Part shown: positions 27,351-41,879 of the stretch, piece after piece
Layout of the letters: each line of letters starts with the position of its first letter
Numbering within the stretch: the stretch's first letter is position 1
The notes under the pieces: generated by a model
The model's database searches: none
The model's input: only the letters and a program-made list of their open reading frames with translations
Told to the model about the DNA's origin: nothing
Program-made: the position numbers and the translations under genes
NCBI RefSeq assembly: GCF_048403405.1
Contig: NZ_CP183129.1
Strand: one strand, 5' to 3'
Source of the DNA: Escherichia coli
GTDB lineage: Bacteria > Pseudomonadota > Gammaproteobacteria > Enterobacterales > Enterobacteriaceae
DNA length: 64,000 nucleotides

Positions 27351-29198
27351 TTACCTGATTAATTGTTCCGCTTTCGATACGATTTGCGAGCTGGATCGCG
27401 CAGGCAGATCATAATTGTAAATATCTGTACGATACTGGGTACGACCATCTGCACCAACAAAGGCCGTCAGGTAGTAGAGATTCACCGGAATCGACTGCCG
27501 AATATTGACGTAACGCGTATCGCCTTGCTTCAGCGCATCAGAAATACGTTTGTCATTCCATCCTGCATCCTGCAACAGCATATTCGCCAGATCGGAAGCT
27601 TTATTCACTCGTACACAGCCTGAGCTCAATGCGCGTGTATCACGCTTGAACAGATTGTGGTTCGGCGTGTCATGCAAATAAATGGCCTCTGAACTCGGCA
27701 TATTGAATTTATAGCGCCCCAGCGAGTTCCGTGGGCCTGGAGCCTGCTGGAAGCGGAACGGTAAATTCGAGGCCGTGATTGTAGACCAGTCAACCTGCCA
27801 TGGGTCAATCGCTTCTCTGCTGTTCCAGCCGCGCATCACCGTATAGCCATGGCTTTCGAGATATCCCGGATCGTTGCGCACTTTCGGCAGAATATCTTTG
27901 CGTGCCAGAGTTGGTGGTACGTTCCACGGCGGGTTTACCACTACGTTGTTAAGTGCACTGCTCATCATCGGCGTTTTGCGATCGGGGCGACCGACAATGA
28001 CTCGCGAATCCAGCACCTGATTGCCGTTCTGATAGTAGACCAGCGAATAGGCCGGAATGTTAACCATGATCCCGGTAGAAAGCTCTGTTGGCAGCAAGCG
28101 CAATCGCTGGATGTTGAGTGCCAACACGCCAGCACGCTGGGCGGGCGTTACGTTTAACCAGTCACGCGTTGCCGGGCCAATAGCGCCATCTGCTCCCAAT
28201 CCTTGCCATGCCTGAAAACGTTTTACGGCTTCCACCAGTTCATTATCGTAGGCGGCACGAACGGCAGGCGCAGGTTTACTACGAGACGTCGTTTGCTTGT
28301 CCATCGGCTTAGTTTCTGCTGTTTCAACAGTAACAGCGGATGGGCTGACTACTGCGTCAGTTGGCGTGTCATCGCCAGGGAGAGTAATTTTTGGCCCCCC
28401 GTCCAACATGCCTGTGCGTTGCAATATTTCGCGCAACGCCGGTACGTCGTTACTCCACTGCCCTGGGCGCAACGTTGCTTTACCGGTCAGTTGAGGCCAC
28501 GGTTTGGTGTCACTGAGTAAGGCCAGTAACGATTCATGCATCGCCGCATATTGCGGATGCTGCGGTGCCAGTCCTGCAACAAACGTCGGCAATTGATCTT
28601 TATCCAGCGCCAGCTGCCATTGGTTAATCACCGAAAGCGGCGGCGTTGCAAGCGCATAAGGTTTACTGCTATATAGCCAGCGAGTGCCTTTGACCGGAAT
28701 ATTTGCAATGAAATGGAGATAGCCCATCATCGCATCAGAGAGCACGACGTCGCGTGCCATCCCGTTAACACCAGGATCGGTCAGTAACTCTACCCATTTA
28801 TTAAACTGCGGCTGGAAACCGGCAATCGCCACCTCTGCCAGCTGTTGCTGGAAGGCTTTAACAGCATCACGGTTTTCCCACATGGGTTGCATATCGCGTG
28901 CGGCATACAACAGTTGAAGCTGGTTAAGATAAACCGGCTTGTAACCTGCGGGTAATTGAGATTCGATTTGCGTGCGGGCTTTTTCTGCCGCACCTTCAGG
29001 CAATGGCTGGATCCCCGCCATTATTGCCGTGGCTTGCGCCTGCGGCAGTGCCTCGCCCTGTTCACTGACAGCCACCGGGCTGTCGCCAGGGATTACTTCA
29101 GGCTCATCGGCCTGCGCATTGAACAGTGGAGCGAATGTTACGGCCAGGCACAAACTGATTGCCGACAGCCGACGACCACACATCATATTAAGCAACAT
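27351..29198 (-). CDS. ldtD: L,D-transpeptidase LdtD (YcbB)
   Basis: 615 aa with signal peptide and YkuD-type catalytic region (...HDTPNHNLF...SSGCVRV...). Confidence 0.9.
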   Translation of the reverse strand: MLLNMMCGRRLSAISLCLAVTFAPLFNAQADEPEVIPGDSPVAVSEQGEALPQAQATAIMAGIQPLPEGAAEKARTQIESQLPAGYKPVYLNQLQLLYAARDMQPMWENRDAVKAFQQQLAEVAIAGFQPQFNKWVELLTDPGVNGMARDVVLSDAMMGYLHFIANIPVKGTRWLYSSKPYALATPPLSVINQWQLALDKDQLPTFVAGLAPQHPQYAAMHESLLALLSDTKPWPQLTGKATLRPGQWSNDVPALREILQRTGMLDGGPKITLPGDDTPTDAVVSPSAVTVETAETKPMDKQTTSRSKPAPAVRAAYDNELVEAVKRFQAWQGLGADGAIGPATRDWLNVTPAQRAGVLALNIQRLRLLPTELSTGIMVNIPAYSLVYYQNGNQVLDSRVIVGRPDRKTPMMSSALNNVVVNPPWNVPPTLARKDILPKVRNDPGYLESHGYTVMRGWNSREAIDPWQVDWSTITASNLPFRFQQAPGPRNSLGRYKFNMPSSEAIYLHDTPNHNLFKRDTRALSSGCVRVNKASDLANMLLQDAGWNDKRISDALKQGDTRYVNIRQSIPVNLYYLTAFVGADGRTQYRTDIYNYDLPARSSSQIVSKAEQLIR

Positions 29199-29417
29199 CC
29201 CTTGCCCCCTGTTTTTATCATACTCTGAATAGCCAGGCTGTTATTTTACGACTTGCCTGTACAACGCCAATACTCACGAAAGTATGACGAGCAAGCCTGT
29301 TACTCATCAGGCTTATCTTCAGTATATAAACGCCGATACGTTTTTACATAACCTAATGTAAAGAAGTTTAAAGAAAAGCGCGCCGTAATGTGCCACTTTT
29401 TTAGTGCAGAAACGGAG

Positions 29418-29455
29418 TTTTCGGAAAAAGAAAAGGCGGCATTGCTGCCGCCTTC
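29418..29455 (-). terminator. mukB rho-independent terminator
   Basis: GGCGGCA-ttgc-TGCCGCC hairpin 4 nt downstream of the mukB stop, followed on the minus strand by CTTTTCTTTTTCC. Confidence 0.65.
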
Positions 29456-29458
29456 ATT

Positions 29459-32400
29459 TTAACTCGCCTGGGAAGGCGCTTCGTCACTTCCTGGAAGCGT
29501 TTCAGGGAGTTGCGGCGCAAAGCCACGCAGGCCGACGACGTGAACGTGTTCGGTATTCTGGAAGACTTTACGTACCAGTTTATAGGTGGTGCCTTTCTCC
29601 GGGCTGATATTTTCCGGCGCTGCGATGATGAGCTGCATTTGCAAACGCTCACACAATTCAAACAGCGTGGCGATAGAACGAGCATCCAGTCGCGCTGCTT
29701 CATCGAGGAACAGCAGGCGGCAAGGAGAGATATCTTTACCGCGCAGGCGGCGAGATTCATCTTCCCAGCTTTGTACCACCATCACCAGAATCGACATACC
29801 GGTACCAATCGCCTCACCGGTCGACAGAGCGCCAGATTCTGCGCGCAGCCAGCCATCAGAACCACGGTTAACCTCAACTTCCATTTCCAGATAGTTGCGG
29901 TAATCCAGCAGTTCTTCGCCAATGGTCTGCGGCGTGCGCTGCCCCATATCAATCTGCGGATTAAGACGCTGATACAGTTTCGCCAGCGCTTCTGAGAAGG
30001 TCAGACGGTTGCTGTTAAACAGATCCTGATGTTGCTCATGCTGTTCAGAGAGCACATCCAGCAGCATGGCGTGCGTTTCACGCACGTTCACGTTGAGACG
30101 CACGCTGTTCACCTGGCCAAACGATACGCTCTGCAAGCCCTGGTTGAGCATACGGATACGGTTCTGCTCGCGCTGAATGGTTTTGCGAATAATGTTCGCC
30201 ACGCTGCGGGAACTGATCGCCAGTTTCTGTTCACGGGAGGTTAACTCTTCGGTCAGACGGCTAAGTTCGATCTCCATCTGTTCGATAGCTTCCACCGGAT
30301 CATCGGTACGAATAATATCCTGACGAATACGTTCACGCAGATGCTGATAAACCGCCACGAAGAACTGAATTTTACGCTCCGGACGTTTCGGATCTTCCGA
30401 CATCCGCAGCACGTCGCGCAGATGTTCGTTATCCGCCACCGCCAGACGCAGCGCACCCAATGCCTTATCCGACATGGAACGCAAATCATCAGCGGAGAGA
30501 TAAGCCAGCTCACGACGGTGTAAGCGGCGTTCAACGCCGTTATCTTTCACCATGCGCATGACTGCACACCAGCCCGCTTTCGCGGTCACTACCTGCTCGC
30601 GCATCTCAAAGTAATCACGCTCCAGCTTGCGCAGTTTGCGGGTCAGGTTGTCCATCTCTGCTTCGCAGAAGGTAAGCGCTTTTTCCAGTTGATTGCGGCG
30701 TGAACGGTTATTGCTCAGTTGCGCGTGCAGCTCGTCACGGCGAATACGCGCCCGCTCTTCTGCCCCGCTATCAGCTCGCACGCCGATATCCTGCAATTCA
30801 CGTTGCAGATCATTGAGTAGCTCTTTTTTGGTGTCGTAAGAACTTTTCAGCGAAGCCAGCACCTGGTTGTACTGACTCAACTGCGCTGCGTGTCCGCGCA
30901 ACGCTTCACGCGCGCGGGTACGCTCCGCTTCCGCCTGTTCCAGACGTTCACGCAGTTTTTCGTTGAGATCGCTGTTACCGCTAAGCATTTCTGCCGAGTC
31001 AGAGTAGCTAAAGTGCGCACGACGCTGCACCACTTCCGTCAGGGCAAACGCCTGCTGACGGGCATCGCGCTGCATCTGCTGAGAGTACGCGTAATCTTCT
31101 TTTAACTGTTCGAACTGTTCCGGGTCGCTCTGCAATACCGAAACGATCGGTTCCAGTTTCGCCAGTTGATTGCCAAACTGCTGAACAAAACGCGAGGCCT
31201 CCTGGGCTTCATCCAGACGTTCGCGGATTTCATCGACGCGATCCGCCAGGCTGTCATCAGCCAACAGGTTGAGACGCGGCAGAATGCGGTTCAGCGCCGT
31301 AACACCCTCTTTCGCCTGCTCAAACTGAATACGCTGCTGCTGGTTATCATTTTCATGATTACTCAACGCCCGCTCCAGTTCGACGCGACGGCTGTTCAGT
31401 TGACGGATTTCGGCTTCCGGATCAGACTCAAACGCCACCGCCAGATGACTACCGATAAAGCGGCTGAACGCCTGATGCAGACGCTGGGTTTTCTGTACAT
31501 CAAAGGAGAGCGTGGCGAAGCGTTCGGAAAGCACTTCACGCTCGGCATGGAGGCTTTCGATGCGGCTTTCGCGCGCCGCGCGTCCAAACAGCGGCACTTC
31601 CGGGAAACGTGAATAACGCCACTGACGATCGGCGATTTTCACCACTACCGCTTTTTCCAGCTCATCAACGCTGAACACGCTGTCATCGAATGACTGCGGA
31701 TCCCCTTCGATCAGATAGAGATCTTCCGGGCAATCGGTCAAGCCTTCCAGGTGTTCGGTTACCTGTGACAGATCTGGCACCACGATGGCATGGCGGGACG
31801 GGCCATACAGCGCCGAGAAGTACGGCGCATCTTCCAGGCTAACGTCGTCATAAATTTCTGACAGCAGCACGCCGCCAAAACGCTCCGCCAGCGCATTCAA
31901 ACGCTGGTCTTCAGAACCACCTGGCTGGCTTAAACGTTCGATCTCTTCATCGACGGCGTTTTTACGCGCGCCTACTTCATCGCGTTCAACAATCGCCTCG
32001 CGCTCACGCTCCAGCAACTGTTGCAGATATTCAGTGACGTCCTGGCTGGAGGTGAACTCTTCGCCGCACTGTTCGCTCAACTGGTTGAGACTGTTTTGCG
32101 CTGCCAGCCAAACCGGCGCACGCTGCATCAAACTCTGAATGCGAGACTGCAGCTGTTCCTGTTCCTGGCGCAGTGCCATGCGCTCTTCGCGGGCGTTAGA
32201 CACGCTATCGGAAAGAGAGGCAATGCGTGCTTCCAGCTCCTGATGCAGAGCTTCCAGTTCATCAATATCAAAATTCTTGCCCTGACGTTTGCAGAAATCT
32301 GCCAGCAGGCGTTCGGCTTCTTGCTGCTCGCGCAGACGCTGTTCCAGTTCGCTTAAGCGCATCCGCAACGGTTGAACCTGCTCTGCCAGGTGACGCTGAT

Positions 32401-33919
32401 CGACCCCTTCGCGCAATAGTTCGCGAGCGACATCCCACGCCTCGTTACGCGCCAGCGGGCCATTAATTGCCACCACCAGCTGATAAGCCTGCTCAAACTG
32501 GCTGTGTGCGGTTTGCGCCATGCTCATTTTCTGCTCAAGAGAGAGCATTTTTTCAGTCGCTTCCAGCTCTTTCGCCTGGAAGGTTTCCAGCCATTCGGCG
32601 GCGCTGTCGGCGGTTAAGTCCGGCAGATGGCACAGTTCTTTGGCACGATTAAGCGCAGCAATCGCCTGGTTATACTGGATCGCGCGCGTTTGCTGGACGT
32701 CCAGCGCCTGCTGATAGTCAGCAAGCTGGCTTTTCAGCTCGTCCACTTCCAGTTCGGCAGCTTCCGCACGAGCCTCGTTCTCTTCCTGGCGTTCGATGGC
32801 TTCTGCCACCACTTCGTTTTGCTCTTCCAGACGGATCTGCAGCTCATCGAGATCCGCTTCGTAACGTTCGATCTTCTCCTGCTGACGCAGTGCGGTTTGC
32901 ACCAGGTTCAGGTGATCGCTGGCCGCCTGATAATCCGCTTCCAGATCGCCTTCGGCACCGTTGTGCTCTGCCAGCTCACGCGCCATATCGACGTGTTTGT
33001 ACTGCTCAGCCGCCAGTTGCTGACGCGAAGTGTGTAGCTCGCGACGAAACTCCAGGGCTTTGTCGAGATGGACACGGCGCTCGTTGGCGTGACGCATGTA
33101 GTCCGCCGCCACGTAGTTGGTGGCTTCGCTGATCAGATGCTTAAACAGGTCACGGTCCGACTGGGTGACACGAATCGCTTCCAGCGTCATGCGGTTTTCG
33201 CGCAGCGCCGCTTCCATGTCCTGGAACGCTTTCCGCACGCCGCTGTTTTCCGGCAACAGGTAGTCGCGCAGAGAGCGCGTAATGGCGCTGGAGATCCCGC
33301 CGTACAGCGAAGCTTCGATCAGACGATAGAATTTGCTACGGTCAGACGCTGAGCGCAGACGACGCGCGATGATGCCCAGATCGAACATCAGCGAGTGGTA
33401 ATCGGTAATGGAGTTGAACTGCTTAAACTGCACGCCTTCCATCGCCTCGAGCTTGTCTTTCAGCTCGTTCAGCGGCAGTACACGCGCCTGGCGTTCGTTG
33501 AGGGTTTCGGTCACCAGCTGCGTCGGCAGCACCGACATCGGCAGGCCCTGAATGGCAAACGGTTTGATATCGACTTTACGATCGCGTCCGGCAACCTGTT
33601 GCAGACGCACACCGACCACCACACGCTGGTGGCGCGAGTTAATGGTGTCGAGCATCGAATAACAGACACCCGCTTTCAGCTTACCGTGCAGACCTTTATC
33701 GCGCGAACCGCTGGTGGCCCCGGCTTCCGTGGTGTTACGGAAATGCAGCAGGGTCAGGTCGGGGATCAGCGCCGTAACGAACGCCGCCATGGTGGTGGAT
33801 TTACCCGCCCCGTTACCGCCGGAGAGCGTCGTAACCAGCTCATCGAGGTCAAAAGTTCGGGCAAAAAAGCCGTTCCAGTTAATCAGCGTCAGTGAGCGAA
33901 ATTTACCGCGTTCAATCAT
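29459..33919 (-). CDS. mukB: Chromosome partition protein MukB (SMC-like condensin)
   Basis: 1486 aa; N-terminal Walker [10 protein letters not shown], long coiled coils, C-terminal head. Confidence 0.95.
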   Translation of the reverse strand: MIERGKFRSLTLINWNGFFARTFDLDELVTTLSGGNGAGKSTTMAAFVTALIPDLTLLHFRNTTEAGATSGSRDKGLHGKLKAGVCYSMLDTINSRHQRVVVGVRLQQVAGRDRKVDIKPFAIQGLPMSVLPTQLVTETLNERQARVLPLNELKDKLEAMEGVQFKQFNSITDYHSLMFDLGIIARRLRSASDRSKFYRLIEASLYGGISSAITRSLRDYLLPENSGVRKAFQDMEAALRENRMTLEAIRVTQSDRDLFKHLISEATNYVAADYMRHANERRVHLDKALEFRRELHTSRQQLAAEQYKHVDMARELAEHNGAEGDLEADYQAASDHLNLVQTALRQQEKIERYEADLDELQIRLEEQNEVVAEAIERQEENEARAEAAELEVDELKSQLADYQQALDVQQTRAIQYNQAIAALNRAKELCHLPDLTADSAAEWLETFQAKELEATEKMLSLEQKMSMAQTAHSQFEQAYQLVVAINGPLARNEAWDVARELLREGVDQRHLAEQVQPLRMRLSELEQRLREQQEAERLLADFCKRQGKNFDIDELEALHQELEARIASLSDSVSNAREERMALRQEQEQLQSRIQSLMQRAPVWLAAQNSLNQLSEQCGEEFTSSQDVTEYLQQLLEREREAIVERDEVGARKNAVDEEIERLSQPGGSEDQRLNALAERFGGVLLSEIYDDVSLEDAPYFSALYGPSRHAIVVPDLSQVTEHLEGLTDCPEDLYLIEGDPQSFDDSVFSVDELEKAVVVKIADRQWRYSRFPEVPLFGRAARESRIESLHAEREVLSERFATLSFDVQKTQRLHQAFSRFIGSHLAVAFESDPEAEIRQLNSRRVELERALSNHENDNQQQRIQFEQAKEGVTALNRILPRLNLLADDSLADRVDEIRERLDEAQEASRFVQQFGNQLAKLEPIVSVLQSDPEQFEQLKEDYAYSQQMQRDARQQAFALTEVVQRRAHFSYSDSAEMLSGNSDLNEKLRERLEQAEAERTRAREALRGHAAQLSQYNQVLASLKSSYDTKKELLNDLQRELQDIGVRADSGAEERARIRRDELHAQLSNNRSRRNQLEKALTFCEAEMDNLTRKLRKLERDYFEMREQVVTAKAGWCAVMRMVKDNGVERRLHRRELAYLSADDLRSMSDKALGALRLAVADNEHLRDVLRMSEDPKRPERKIQFFVAVYQHLRERIRQDIIRTDDPVEAIEQMEIELSRLTEELTSREQKLAISSRSVANIIRKTIQREQNRIRMLNQGLQSVSFGQVNSVRLNVNVRETHAMLLDVLSEQHEQHQDLFNSNRLTFSEALAKLYQRLNPQIDMGQRTPQTIGEELLDYRNYLEMEVEVNRGSDGWLRAESGALSTGEAIGTGMSILVMVVQSWEDESRRLRGKDISPCRLLFLDEAARLDARSIATLFELCERLQMQLIIAAPENISPEKGTTYKLVRKVFQNTEHVHVVGLRGFAPQLPETLPGSDEAPSQAS

Positions 33920-34623
33920 TATTCTTCCTCTCCGCTATCTGGCTGACTCTCTTCGGTTTCATCGTTGAGTTGCAGATGATTTTCAATCGGCATTGCTTCG
34001 CCATCACGAATCAGGCGACGCTGTGCTTCACGGGGATCGTCGCCAGCACGCACATCGGCTCCGAAGCGGAACACCGATTCGGTAATGCGGAACTTGCTGC
34101 TGTCGTGGCCCATAAACCACACCATGCCCAAACGACGCAGACGGTTGAGCGAAGAACGTACTTTCTCCTGCAACTTCTGCCGGTCAACGTCTGAACCGGT
34201 TGAACGGTTGTTCACCAGTTTCAGCAGTTTCGCTTCATCGGCCAGGGTGAGCAGTTCGTCGTACAGTTCCTGTTGAGTAAAAATCCCCTCATTCGCCAGC
34301 CGTTCCGGGCTGAGATAGAGATAACAGAGGATTTTCCCGACCATCATATCCAGTTCCGACAAGACAGAACGAGGGATCAGCGTGGTGGAACGTGGGCGTA
34401 AATAGAAGAACCCTTCCGGTGCACGAATAAGCTCAACGTTATAACGCGCGTAAAACTCTTCCAGATATTCCTGAAAATCCATCAGGAATGCATGATTATC
34501 CAGTTCGTCGAGGCCAATATGGCGGCCTGAACGTAAGGCGCTATCCAGCGCCGGAAATAACGGATTCGCCAGCGCCTGCGCCAGCTTAACCGGCATCACT
34601 TGTTCAATATTTGTCGATGACAT
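33919..34623 (-). CDS. mukE: Chromosome partition protein MukE
   Basis: Track ORF 33919..34650; start placed at the Met giving 234 aa ([16 protein letters not shown]...); the start choice is uncertain; overlaps the mukF 3' end and the mukB start. Confidence 0.85.
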
Positions 34624-35926
34624 GCGCCTGTACCTTGGCTCCGTAATCATTAATCGGCTGCCATTTCGCTGGCAGTCCGGTGAAATCTGCTTGCGCTACG
34701 CCAAGACGTACCGCCTGATCAATAACAATGCGCGCAACGTCAAAGTGACGTGCACGCGGATACTGTGACAGATATTCGCGTACCACCAGACCAAGATCCA
34801 GCGGCACTTGTCTGGTTTTGTACACGGCGAGTTGTTCTTCGATGATCGCCGCCAGCTGTTCGCGGATCTCGTTAAACTCTTCGTATTCCAGATCCTCAGG
34901 AAGTTCCCCAGTCACTTCTTCATCGCGCAGTGCCATCTCTTCGTCACGCATATCCAGCAGACGATCGGCATTGGCATAAGTTAGCGCCCACGGCTCATCA
35001 AAATAGGTTTGTACCGACTGACGTAACCGCTGAGCAAAGACACGGTTTTTATCCATATCGATAGCGGTACGGATAAATTTATGTACGTGGCGGTCGTAGC
35101 CAATCCACAAATCGATGGATTGCTGGCCCCAGCTGATAATACGGTCAAGTTTGCTCTGCAGATCGAATACCAGACGATCGACAAAATGCAGATCGTCATG
35201 GGTCATCGTCGCATCCTGAATGCGCAACAGATTAGCCTGCAATTTGTCGCCTGCCGCTTCCAGCGTATCCTGCAATTCACGCAGCGTTCCGGAAGTTTCC
35301 GAAAGCAACAATTCACAGCTGGAGATCGCCGCCCGCCAGTCTTTGTTCAGCAACTGGGCGATATCGTCCTTCACCTGCTGCTGCTGTTCGTCCATCAGAC
35401 GTTGCGTCAGGTCGATACTGTCGAAAATTTCTGCTACCGAATATTTCAGTGGCGCATAAACATTACGGTGCCAGTGAAATTCATCACCGCCCTCTTCGGC
35501 GGCATCTGCCGCGCGTTTGAGCTCACCCGCCACAATCGACAACTGCATAGAAAGGCGCAGCGTAGAAAACTCGCGCTGACGGATGTAATAGTCAGTAATG
35601 CCGATGCCGAGCGGCGTCAGACGGTAAATTGCGTTCCCTTCCGCCTGCTCGCTGGTAAAGCGGTTCAGCAGACGTTGACGCACCATGTCGTTGATCGCGT
35701 TGTTGGCGCGCACGCCGATGGTTTCGCTGGTTTGCTCAAACGCATCACTCACATGGCGGAATGCATCCACCAGCTCGCCTTCACTCATCTCACCATCCAG
35801 ACGCTCGCCGTTCAGCGTGGCAACCGCCAGCAGAAAAGAGAGTCGGTCTACCGGCAGCGAGATGGAGAAGTCATTTTTTCTGGCCCAGGCAACCAGTTCG
35901 GGGACTGTCTGGGAAAATTCACTCAT
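34604..35926 (-). CDS. mukF: Chromosome partition protein MukF (kleisin)
   Basis: 440 aa from [33 protein letters not shown]. Confidence 0.95.
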
Positions 35927-36708
35927 ACTTTATCCTTGCTCTGCGGTTTGCGCGCGGTGACATGAATATAACGCCCCAGGGTAATATACGGTTCCTGACG
36001 GCAATAACGCGTTTCTAATTCAAGTAATGCTTCATAGCAGTCGCGCTGCTGGTGCTTCTCGCGCAGATAATCATGAAACACGCGAACGCCTGTCTTACCC
36101 ATAATTTGCCAACCAGCTTCTTCCAGCCACAGATAAACCTGCGCCGGGTCGCGTGGATAATCTGGCGAAAGCGTCCGTTTTTTCTTTTTCGGCATTCCCG
36201 CCTGCACGTAATCAAAATTCCCGGCGACCATGTTATGCATCAGCAAGCCGTGCGCATTGTAGAACATTAACGACAACACACCGCCTGGACGCAACACTGA
36301 CCACAGGGTCTGTAATACGCTGCGGGGATCGGCCACCCACTCGAGCACCGCATGGAACAATATCAGATCAACGGGCGTTTCCAAATGCGAAGCAACATCC
36401 TGAGCGGCGCAATGTATAAATTGCATGTTGTCGCTCACACCTTTTGCTTCTGCCGCCTGTTTTGCGCGGTCGATCATCTGCGCAGAAAGATCGCATAAAA
36501 TGACCTGATGCCCACGCTCGGCCATTTTGATTGCGGTCTGCCCTTCTCCACCGCCAGCATCCAGCACACGCAGTTTTTGCGGGCCCATTTCCGCCAGCAC
36601 GCGATCGAGATCCTGCCACAGAATAGCCTGTCGAAGCTGCCCTTTGGTGGTGCCGTAAATGTTACGGGAAAACTTTTCCGCAATATCATCAAAATTGCGA
36701 TCCTGCAT
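35923..36708 (-). CDS. cmoM: SAM-dependent methyltransferase SmtA/CmoM
   Basis: 261 aa from [25 protein letters not shown]-binding motif; 4-nt overlap with the mukF start. Confidence 0.88.
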
Positions 36709-36843
36709 TGCTTTCTCCACCGGTTGGCTAAGACGTTTTCTGATAAAGACGCTATTTTGTCACAGCCACGGCGAGAATGAACCCGTCTGGTGTAATATCG
36801 CTGGCGATCCCTTGCTATATGGTTAAAAAAGGAACCAGAAAGG

Positions 36844-37623
36844 ATGCTTTTTACACTGAAAAAAGTGATTGGCAATATGTTGCTGCCACTTCCGCTGATG
36901 TTGTTGATTATTGGCGCTGGCCTGGCGCTGCTGTGGTTTAGCCGTTTTCAAAAAACCGGGAAGATTTTTATTAGCATTGGGTGGCTGGCGCTCTTGTTAT
37001 TGAGTTTGCAACCGGTAGCCGACCGCCTGCTGCGTCCCATCGAAAGCACCTATCCGACATGGAATAATTCGCAAAAAGTGGACTATATCGTGGTGCTCGG
37101 AGGTGGTTATACCTGGAACCCGCAGTGGGCACCAAGCTCGAATTTAATCAATAACAGTCTGCCCCGCCTGAATGAAGGTATTCGCTTATGGCGCGAAAAT
37201 CCGGGATCAAAACTGATCTTCACGGGAGGCGTAGCAAAAACCAATACGGTGAGTACAGCCGAAGTAGGTGCCCGAGTTGCGCAATCGCTGGGCGTGCCGC
37301 GCGAGCAAATTATCACTCTGGATTTGCCAAAAGATACCGAAGAAGAAGCTGCGGCAGTGAAACAGGCGATTGGTGACGCCCCTTTCCTGCTGGTGACATC
37401 CGCGTCTCATTTGCCGCGGGCGATGATCTTTTTTCAGCAGGAAGGGTTAAATCCGCTGCCAGCCCCGGCGAATCAGTTGGCCATCGACTCGCCGCTTAAC
37501 CCGTGGGAACGGGCAATCCCTTCTCCGGTCTGGTTGATGCATAGCGATCGTGTTGGCTATGAAACGCTTGGCCGTATCTGGCAGTGGCTAAAAAGTTCGT
37601 CAGACGAGCCACGGCAAGAGTGA
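36844..37623 (+). CDS. elyC: Envelope biogenesis factor ElyC (DUF218)
   Basis: 259 aa with N-terminal transmembrane segments; divergent from cmoM. Confidence 0.85.
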   Translation: MLFTLKKVIGNMLLPLPLMLLIIGAGLALLWFSRFQKTGKIFISIGWLALLLLSLQPVADRLLRPIESTYPTWNNSQKVDYIVVLGGGYTWNPQWAPSSNLINNSLPRLNEGIRLWRENPGSKLIFTGGVAKTNTVSTAEVGARVAQSLGVPREQIITLDLPKDTEEEAAAVKQAIGDAPFLLVTSASHLPRAMIFFQQEGLNPLPAPANQLAIDSPLNPWERAIPSPVWLMHSDRVGYETLGRIWQWLKSSSDEPRQE

Positions 37624-38493
37624 TTTTGATGCCAGATCGAAGTTGCGCCGACTAAATCGTCCGGTATTAACCAGTTGCGCAACTTCATCCCATAACACAT
37701 ACAACCAACGCCGCCAGATGAATGACTCCGCCACTGGCGCGCGTTGCAGGTAACTCCAGAGCAAATCTTCCGCCAGAGAATTATCCATTAGTCGGAACAG
37801 TTCGTATTCTCGCGGTGCCCAAAGCATTAGTCCCGGCCCGACCATCGCCAGTAACTGATCGCTGCGCGAATCTTTCAGCATGCTGCGTAAACAGAAGTTA
37901 CCGTGAATCAGCACACAATTGTCGTTAAAGCCTTCAAATAATGCCGGGAGACATTCGCGAGTACGAAACAGGATCCGCTTATCCTGCATCGTTAGCCCGG
38001 TGTTATTGAACTGATTGAGCGTAGTCCATAGCACTTCAACATGTTGCCGGTACCATGAGGGCCAGAAATTTTCCTGAGTATTGTCGACCGCGCCGACGCA
38101 ACCGCGACTGTCCTGACGGTGCCAGGCCAGTAAGGCTTCAACGATTTGATCTTTGAGTTGTTCCCAGCGTTCTGGTGTTCGGGCTGGTGCCTCCACCGAA
38201 ACACCACGCATCCGCTCCAGTAGCAGGACATCGGGGCCGGGGTGTTCTTCATGCGTCATCACACCATAAATAGTCGGCATACGGACAGTTCCACTTCTTG
38301 CCAGCATGGTGGTTTTCCATGCCAGTTGTCGGGCTTTTCCGGGCGTACTAAAGCTTCTTGCCATTAACGGCATTGGGTTTCCCTGGCTGTCATACAAAGC
38401 CCACAACGCCGTATCCGCTTTTTCATTGACGCACTCAATACGACTGAGTTTTTCGCCCAGTAAATGGCTTAATTCGGCACGCAGCTGTTCCAT
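37600..38493 (-). CDS. ycbJ: Putative phosphotransferase/kinase-fold protein YcbJ
   Basis: 297 aa from MEQLRAELSHLLGEKLSRIECVNEKADTALWALY; convergent 24-nt overlap with the elyC 3' end. Confidence 0.8.
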   Translation of the reverse strand: MEQLRAELSHLLGEKLSRIECVNEKADTALWALYDSQGNPMPLMARSFSTPGKARQLAWKTTMLARSGTVRMPTIYGVMTHEEHPGPDVLLLERMRGVSVEAPARTPERWEQLKDQIVEALLAWHRQDSRGCVGAVDNTQENFWPSWYRQHVEVLWTTLNQFNNTGLTMQDKRILFRTRECLPALFEGFNDNCVLIHGNFCLRSMLKDSRSDQLLAMVGPGLMLWAPREYELFRLMDNSLAEDLLWSYLQRAPVAESFIWRRWLYVLWDEVAQLVNTGRFSRRNFDLASKSLLPWLV

Positions 38494-38646
38494 TCAGATT
38501 ACCCTCATAAAAGCTACTGCTTTCATAATGAGCGCCAATATAAAAGATGTCACCTGAATGAGATCAATTGTTGAAAAGAAAAATTGAGGAAAATCGTAAC
38601 GGTACGACACTCCTCCCAAAATTGGCTGGAGTGTCGTGAAGTGAAA

Positions 38647-39572
<926 letters not shown>

Positions 39573-39623
39573 AGTTCCTCCAGATGGATCGGGTTATGAA
39601 TGCATAAATCTTATCATAATCAT

Positions 39624-40856
39624 TTATGCGACGGGGTCTATTTCCCAGCCGGTGCGGCAATCAGTAAAGAGGCCTTGCGGGCAGCGTCCTAATGTCACCC
39701 GCGTTGCCTGCTGCCAGTTAGCGAAATCAGTAATCGCCTGACGTAACCCTTTTTGCAGCGTTGTCGTTGGTTTAATGCCTTCTTGTAACCACAGAGAGAT
39801 AACTTCAAGGATGCCTGTCTGGCGATGCATTTTGGCATCCATTCGCCCAACTAATTGCCCACGATGTAATAACGGCAGAACAAAATAGCCATACTGGCGT
39901 TTCGGCGCTGGGGTATAGCACTCCAGCCGGTAGCTAAAATCAAAAAGCTGCTCTGCGCGTTTGCGATCCCAGACAACAGGATCAAAAGGCGAAAGTACCG
40001 CGCTGTGCGTTGCAGTGAGCTTTCCGGCCAGCGCACGCTCGAGTAGCGGCAGCAAATCAGCATGCAGCCAAAGATTGCCCAATTTTTCAACATGCACAGC
40101 AATGATTTGCTGCTGTTCAGCCCTCGCTTCGCGCCAAACCGCCAGTGCCGGACGTTTCAGCCGATAGTAATCTGCCAGCCACTGTTCGCGGAATATGCCA
40201 AGGCTACGCGCACTGTTATCCAGCATGATGATTTCTGCTTCTGTTTGCGAAACGAGATCGCGCTCATCATCCCAGTCAGGCATGACACGATGGGTTAAAT
40301 CATAAACGCGCTGGAAGTTGCGCCGTTCAATCACCATCACTTTCCCGGCAGTAAATAAACCTTCCAGATGCCGTTTATGCGGCTTCCATTCCCACCAGCC
40401 GCTTGCACCTTTACGAGGATGCTCAAAATCGGCTGAACGTACCGGCCCCTTATCATGAATATGCTGAATTAACTGTGCAATTTCCGCCGCATGTTCCTGC
40501 ATCCAGGCGTCTTTGTATTTCCAGCCCATTTTTTCAGGTGCCAGCATGCGGTGGCGAATAAGACGAAAGTCGCTACGCGGCATAAAGCAGGCTTCATGCG
40601 CCCAGTATTCCATTAATTCGCCACGCGCCAGAGACTCATCCAGCCACTGGGCAGGATAATTTCCCAGACGACTGAAAAGCACCAGATATGGACTACGGGC
40701 AACAATATTAATGGTATCGATTTGCAGCAAGGACATTCGGGAGATCGTTGCCGGAATATCCTCCAACGACGCTCGACGGCGGGGTTTGTTTAACAGGCCT
40801 TGCGCGGCGAGGTGAAGATTACGCGCATCAGCAAGAGAGAGGTGCGGCAGCGACAT
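39624..40856 (-). CDS. ycaQ: Winged-helix DNA glycosylase-like protein YcaQ
   Basis: 410 aa from MSLPHLSLADARNLHLAAQGLLNKP. Confidence 0.85.
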   Translation of the reverse strand: MSLPHLSLADARNLHLAAQGLLNKPRRRASLEDIPATISRMSLLQIDTINIVARSPYLVLFSRLGNYPAQWLDESLARGELMEYWAHEACFMPRSDFRLIRHRMLAPEKMGWKYKDAWMQEHAAEIAQLIQHIHDKGPVRSADFEHPRKGASGWWEWKPHKRHLEGLFTAGKVMVIERRNFQRVYDLTHRVMPDWDDERDLVSQTEAEIIMLDNSARSLGIFREQWLADYYRLKRPALAVWREARAEQQQIIAVHVEKLGNLWLHADLLPLLERALAGKLTATHSAVLSPFDPVVWDRKRAEQLFDFSYRLECYTPAPKRQYGYFVLPLLHRGQLVGRMDAKMHRQTGILEVISLWLQEGIKPTTTLQKGLRQAITDFANWQQATRVTLGRCPQGLFTDCRTGWEIDPVA

Positions 40857-40892
40857 TCATGACTCCATCAATCGAACGCTGCCGCGGCGTAA

Positions 40893-41879
40893 CTAGTTGC
40901 CAGAAGCCAGCGAGGTTAGTTGCGCAAGCAGTTTCGCTGGTTCATCACCTGAAAGCTGTGCGTCTACAGGCAAATACCACCAATTTTCTTCTGCAAAGGC
41001 CCGGCATTTCACCGCATCTTTTTCAGTCATTACCAGCGTTTGCCCGGCGTTTACCAACGCACTAACATCCGCATGGTTCAAAGACTGATGATCGGCCAGT
41101 GGTACACATTTTTCCGGTTGTACGCCGCACATCTTCAGCGTGGCAAAAAAGCGCGGCGGATGCCCAATCCCTGCCATCGCCACCACATGTTCAAGCTGAG
41201 CAACGTCACAACGCATACCGGTACGCAAATTCACCGCCTGACCCGGCAGCAGATGCATGGGGATTTCACCGCTGCGTGGGACACCGCCGTTGACGATTAC
41301 CGCATCAACCGACTTTAAGCGCCCCGCTCGCTCACGCATTGGCCCCGCCGGCAACCACCAGCCATTGCCAAAGCGACGCACACCATCAATAACGACGATT
41401 TCCATATCACGCGCCAGACGATAATGCTGTAAACCGTCGTCGGTTACGATGATCTGCACATCAGGGTGTTGCGCCAGAATGGCTTTTACCGCATCAGAAC
41501 GCACGGGAGAAACCGCAACAGGCGCATCAGTGCGTTGATAAATCAACACAGGTTCATCACCCGCCTGTGCTGTGGTGGTATCTGCCGACAATAACAGCGG
41601 ATAAGATTCAGCCTTACCACCATATCCCCGCGATACGACCCCCACGCGAATACCGCGCTGTTGCAGCTGTTCCACCAGCCAGATAACGACCGGGGTTTTT
41701 CCGTTGCCGCCTGCGGTGAGATTACCAACCACGACAACCGGTACGGGGGCACGCCAGGCGCGCTTCAGTTTTAGTTTATAGCAAAGACGGATCGCGCCAC
41801 TCACCAGGCCATACAACCAGGAGAGTGGCAGCAATAGCCGCCACAAAGGGGATTCACCAGACCAGATTTTTTCGATCAT
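40893..41879 (-). CDS. lpxK: Tetraacyldisaccharide 4'-kinase
   Basis: 328 aa; P-loop [12 protein letters not shown]. Confidence 0.93.
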   Translation of the reverse strand: MIEKIWSGESPLWRLLLPLSWLYGLVSGAIRLCYKLKLKRAWRAPVPVVVVGNLTAGGNGKTPVVIWLVEQLQQRGIRVGVVSRGYGGKAESYPLLLSADTTTAQAGDEPVLIYQRTDAPVAVSPVRSDAVKAILAQHPDVQIIVTDDGLQHYRLARDMEIVVIDGVRRFGNGWWLPAGPMRERAGRLKSVDAVIVNGGVPRSGEIPMHLLPGQAVNLRTGMRCDVAQLEHVVAMAGIGHPPRFFATLKMCGVQPEKCVPLADHQSLNHADVSALVNAGQTLVMTEKDAVKCRAFAEENWWYLPVDAQLSGDEPAKLLAQLTSLASGN